A stretch of 63,901 bases of DNA, counting the filler, from Vannella sp. (taxonomy: Eukaryota): NCBI GenBank assembly GCA_023345925.1. It is 6 parts of 6 records of this genome, joined end to end, with 100 filler letters (N's around TTAATTAATTAA, not from the genome) between each part and the next. Parts side by side here need not be neighbours in the genome. Positions count along the whole stretch, not along the records: positions 59,948 to 63,901 come from JAJQQN010000753.1; 5 more parts are not named here. One strand, given 5' to 3'. Position numbers and translations under genes: made by a program. Positions 60,731-63,901 of the stretch are shown here, one piece after another. A model generated the notes under the pieces. It was not told the origin of the DNA, did no database searches, and saw nothing but the letters and a program-made list of their open reading frames with translations. Each line of letters begins with the position of its first letter. Positions within the stretch are counted from its first letter, which is position 1.

Positions 60731-61072
60731 CGTTCGTTCGTCTCTCGTCTATCGCGTCCGTTGTGGAAGCGTGGTTATCCCTCGTCAGGAACGACGAGGA
60801 AGGGATAAAAGAGACACTTTACCCGACAATCTCCTCCCAATGCATCGTGTAGTTCTGAGGGTTTATTGTTGGAGGAACACTCAGTGAGTGATTGATACCA
60901 AGCACGATGGCCATCAGTAACGGTGTGTCGTCGAGAAGAAGCAACAACCATCCCTGAATCCTTATCTTGTGGCTTGCAATATCTATCAACACCAAATATT
61001 ATATGAACATATCATTTGCTCTTGCGGGCTCTTTGTGGTGTAGTCAGGCAATTTCTCTTTTTCTTGTTTCCC

Positions 61073-63901
61073 ATGTGCGCCCGGTTGCTGCTCTTCCTCG
61101 CTTTGCTGGCCTCGGTTGTCTGCCTCCTTCCTCAAGCGCAGATTGACTCCCTGGTTTCCCTTTACGAATCGACGGGGGGCCCTTCTTGGTTTACCAAGAC
61201 GGACTGGAACAACGGAATGGACCCTTGCTCGCCTCTCTGGTTCAGAGTGGCTTGCAATCCTACCCACTCCGCAGTTATTGGCCTCTACCTTTACTCGAAC
61301 AACTTGACTGGCTCCCTACCGGATTTGCAGCTCCCTGAGCTCGTAGTCTTGTGAGGAGAACCTTTCGCTCCCCTTCTTCGCCAACGCGCTCATCCATTGC
61401 TTACAGAAACTTGGCTGGCAATAACATCAACGGGCCTCTGCCAGAGTGGACCAATCTGACGAGCCTGGAGAAGATGTAAGTTCATCAAGCCTCTTCCACT
61501 CGAATGAGGGAGCCAACGGTCCTTCATCATGTGGACAGGAGTGCCACATCCATGAGACAGCACTCATTGATTGCTTTTAGATTCTTGAACGACAACAAGA
61601 TCAACGGACCTCTTCCAGAATGGTCCAATCTGACCCAACTGCTGGTCATGTGAGTAGTCTTGAGTCCTCTTCCACTTGAATGGGGAAAGGACAGGGGACC
61701 CCTTCATCAAGTGGATATGATGGCATTCAGTTGCACTCATCGATACCTTGCAGGGAATTGTTCAACAACAAGATCAACGGAACTCTACCACAATGGTCCG
61801 CTTTGAAGAATCTGGAACAAATGTGAGTGGTTACAGTCCTCTTTCGCTTGAATGGAGAAGCGTTTCGTCATGAACAGGAAGGAGCGCCACAAGCATGACA
61901 CTTCGCTCATCGATGGTTTGCAGGCACTTGTATGAGAACCAGATCAGCGGTCCTCTTCCAGAATGGTCTAATTTGACGAGCCTACAAGACATGTGAGCAG
62001 TTTCAGTCTCCTTAACCCCACCATGTCATCATGAGCGCCACATTCATGGGACTCCTCCACTCATCGGGTGTTAGGCGATTGTACATCAACAAGATCAACG
62101 GAACTCTTCCAGAATGGTCTCATCTGACGAGCTTGAATGTCATGTGAGAAGTTTCAGTCCTCCTTCAAGTGGACACAAGTAACAGGCCTTCACTCACCGA
62201 CCGCTTACAGGTCCTTGTACAGCAACAGGATCAGCGGAACTCTTCCAAACTGGCCCAATTTGACGAGCCTGACTGCCTTGTTAGTACTTTTGCTCCCTTT
62301 TCAGCCGAACTCGAATGGGACTTCCTTGTTTGGGCAAAAGTAGCGCAAACATGGCGCTTCGCTCATCGATTGCTGGCAGTGAGTTGCACAGCAACCAGAT
62401 TAGCGGAACCCTTCCAGAATGGTCCGATCAAACTCACCTTTATCTGAGTAACCTGGGGACCATGTGAGTGGTTTCTGTCCTCTTTCACTTGATTGAGCTT
62501 TACTCACCGATTGGTTACAGGGACTTGAATGACAACCAGATCAGTGGAACTCTTCCTAACTGGTCCCATATGGTAGGCCTGCTTTTCATGTGAGTAGTTT
62601 CAGTCCTCCTCTGCTTGAATAGGGAAAGGTATCACTTCATTTTGGCATGGCCACTCAAACCCAATGGGATTCGCTGATTGATTACTTCTTCTCTTCTACA
62701 GAAGCTTTCGCAACAACACAATCAGCGGAACTCTCCCTGAATGGCCCACTCTGACGAATCTGCGAGGCATGTGAGTTTTTGAAGTCCTCTTCCCAACAAA
62801 TGGGGCCACAACTATTGGGCTTCACTCATTGATTGGTTAGTACCTTGGACGACAACCAAATCACTGGATCTCTTCAAGAATGGCCCCATCTGACCCGCCT
62901 AGGCAGCCTGTGAGTACTCATTCTCACCTGCGAGCAACATGGGACAGCTCTCATTGATTGCAGATTCTTGAGTGGCAACCAGATCAACGGATCTCTTCCA
63001 CAATGGTACTATCTGGTGAAAGTGTATTACATGTAGGTTTATTCAGATCTCTTCTACTCGAATGGGGAAGGGAATGTGAACATAAGCGCCTCAAGCATGA
63101 CCCTTCACTCATCAATTTCTTGCAGAACCTTGTTCAACAACCAGATCAGCGGGCCTCTTCCAGAATGGTCCAATCTGACGAGCCTGCAATACTTGTGAGT
63201 AACTCCTGTCCTCTTTCATTCGGATGAAGAAGAGAATCACTTCGTCTTGTGGTCTCACGATAACTCATTGATAACTTGCAGGTACTCAGAAAACAACCAA
63301 ATTAGCGGAACTCTGCCATACTGGAGTGGATTGACAGCCCTTTCTATTGTCAAATTGGGAGGAACCAACAGTCTTTGTGGGAATCTGCCTAATCCCCGCC
63401 CAAAGAACTATGATATCACTCTTCCCAATCAGGTGTTCAACTGTACTTCCCTTCCGCCTGGTTACAGTTCTAGCTCAGCAATATGCCATCCCATCGCGGG
63501 AGTGTGCGCTCCTTCCACAAGTTCGTTGACGCCAACAAACTCTCCGTCTGGCTCTGTCACTCCGAGCCCCTCTAATTCTGCCACACCCTCCTGGAGTGGC
63601 AGTGGGAGCGCGTCGATTACTAATTCCCTGAGCGAGAGTCCAAGTTCTTCTGAAACGCCTTCTTCAAGCGGAAGTGAAAGTGTGTCGACCTCACCTTCTC
63701 TCAGCTCAAGCCCTTCTGCTTCTGCAACTCCCACTTCGAGTGGTAGTGGATCGGAGACATCTTCTGTCAGCGGGAGTCCGACTGCTTCAGCAACTGCCTC
63801 TTTGAGTGGCAGTGAATCGGAGACTTCTTCTGTCAGCGGAAGTCCCACTGCTTCTGCAACTCCCTCTTCGAGTGGCAGTGAATCGGAGACTCCTTCTGTC
63901 A
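61073..63901 (+). CDS. Secreted/surface LRR protein, one LRR per exon, with Ser/Thr stalk (3'-incomplete)
   Basis: Exons 61073-61350, 61407-61475, 61581-61649, 61754-61822, 61924-61992, 62075-62143, 62211-62279, 62380-62463, 62521-62589, 62702-62770, 62841-62909, 62964-63032, 63126-63194 and 63282->63901 splice through GT-AG introns into one open frame. It encodes a signal peptide, an LRRNT_2-like cap (LYESTGG..W....W....DPC...W..V.C), about 14 LxxNxIsGxLPxW repeats, a Cys cap and a Ser/Thr/Pro stalk. Confidence 0.92.
63721..63901 (+). repeat. 66-nt coding tandem repeat (22 aa, SATPxSSGSESETSSVSGSPTA), at least 2.7 copies
   Basis: Units start at 63721, 63787 and 63853 and run off the window end. 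Confidence 0.85.

Noticed and set aside
61351..63281. Repeat-spacer periodicity resembling a CRISPR array
   Set aside because: The repeats are degenerate 69-nt coding exons bounded by GT-AG splice sites. The context is eukaryotic and there are no cas genes.
1..63901. Alternative genetic code or programmed frameshifts to explain fragmented ORFs
   Set aside because: Nearly all breaks are explained by short spliceosomal introns. TAA, TAG and TGA all end conserved genes, and PRP8 reads through in the standard code.

Overview
This is eukaryotic nuclear DNA from a compact, intron-containing protist genome, not a prokaryote. Amoebozoa is my inference, from a Dictyostelium-style Roco kinase, an AprA/PqaA homologue and an RGS-RasGAP. 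The window is six unrelated contigs (1-12696, 12797-21551, 21652-39077, 39178-52735, 52836-59847, 59948-63901) joined by artificial 100-nt N44-TTAATTAATTAA-N44 linkers. It uses the standard code, most introns are about 40-60 nt GT-AG, and intergenic gaps are often under 100 nt. About 30 genes are present. Housekeeping: ARPC4, PRP8, eIF6, DDX27, CHMP7, TIP41, ALG12, NAA40, DusA, mid-SUN. Signalling: an ANK-LRR-Roc-COR-kinase-WD40 Roco with a degenerate GTPase domain, RasGAP, RGS-RasGAP, RhoGEF. Bacterial-like: a PaiA-type GNAT, a Gly-rich extracellular domain, an ATC-hydrolase-like protein, GH28. The standout is invisible in the ORF track. At 61073 to >63901 a secreted or surface LRR gene carries one 23-aa LRR per 69-nt, phase-2/phase-2 cassette exon (12 cassettes). 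Its introns are homologous to each other, its predicted concave-face residues are highly variable, and every split codon gives a hydrophobic residue in any exon pairing. This is a candidate combinatorial receptor-diversification system based on exon skipping or shuffling. All family assignments come from motif recognition by eye; no searches were run.
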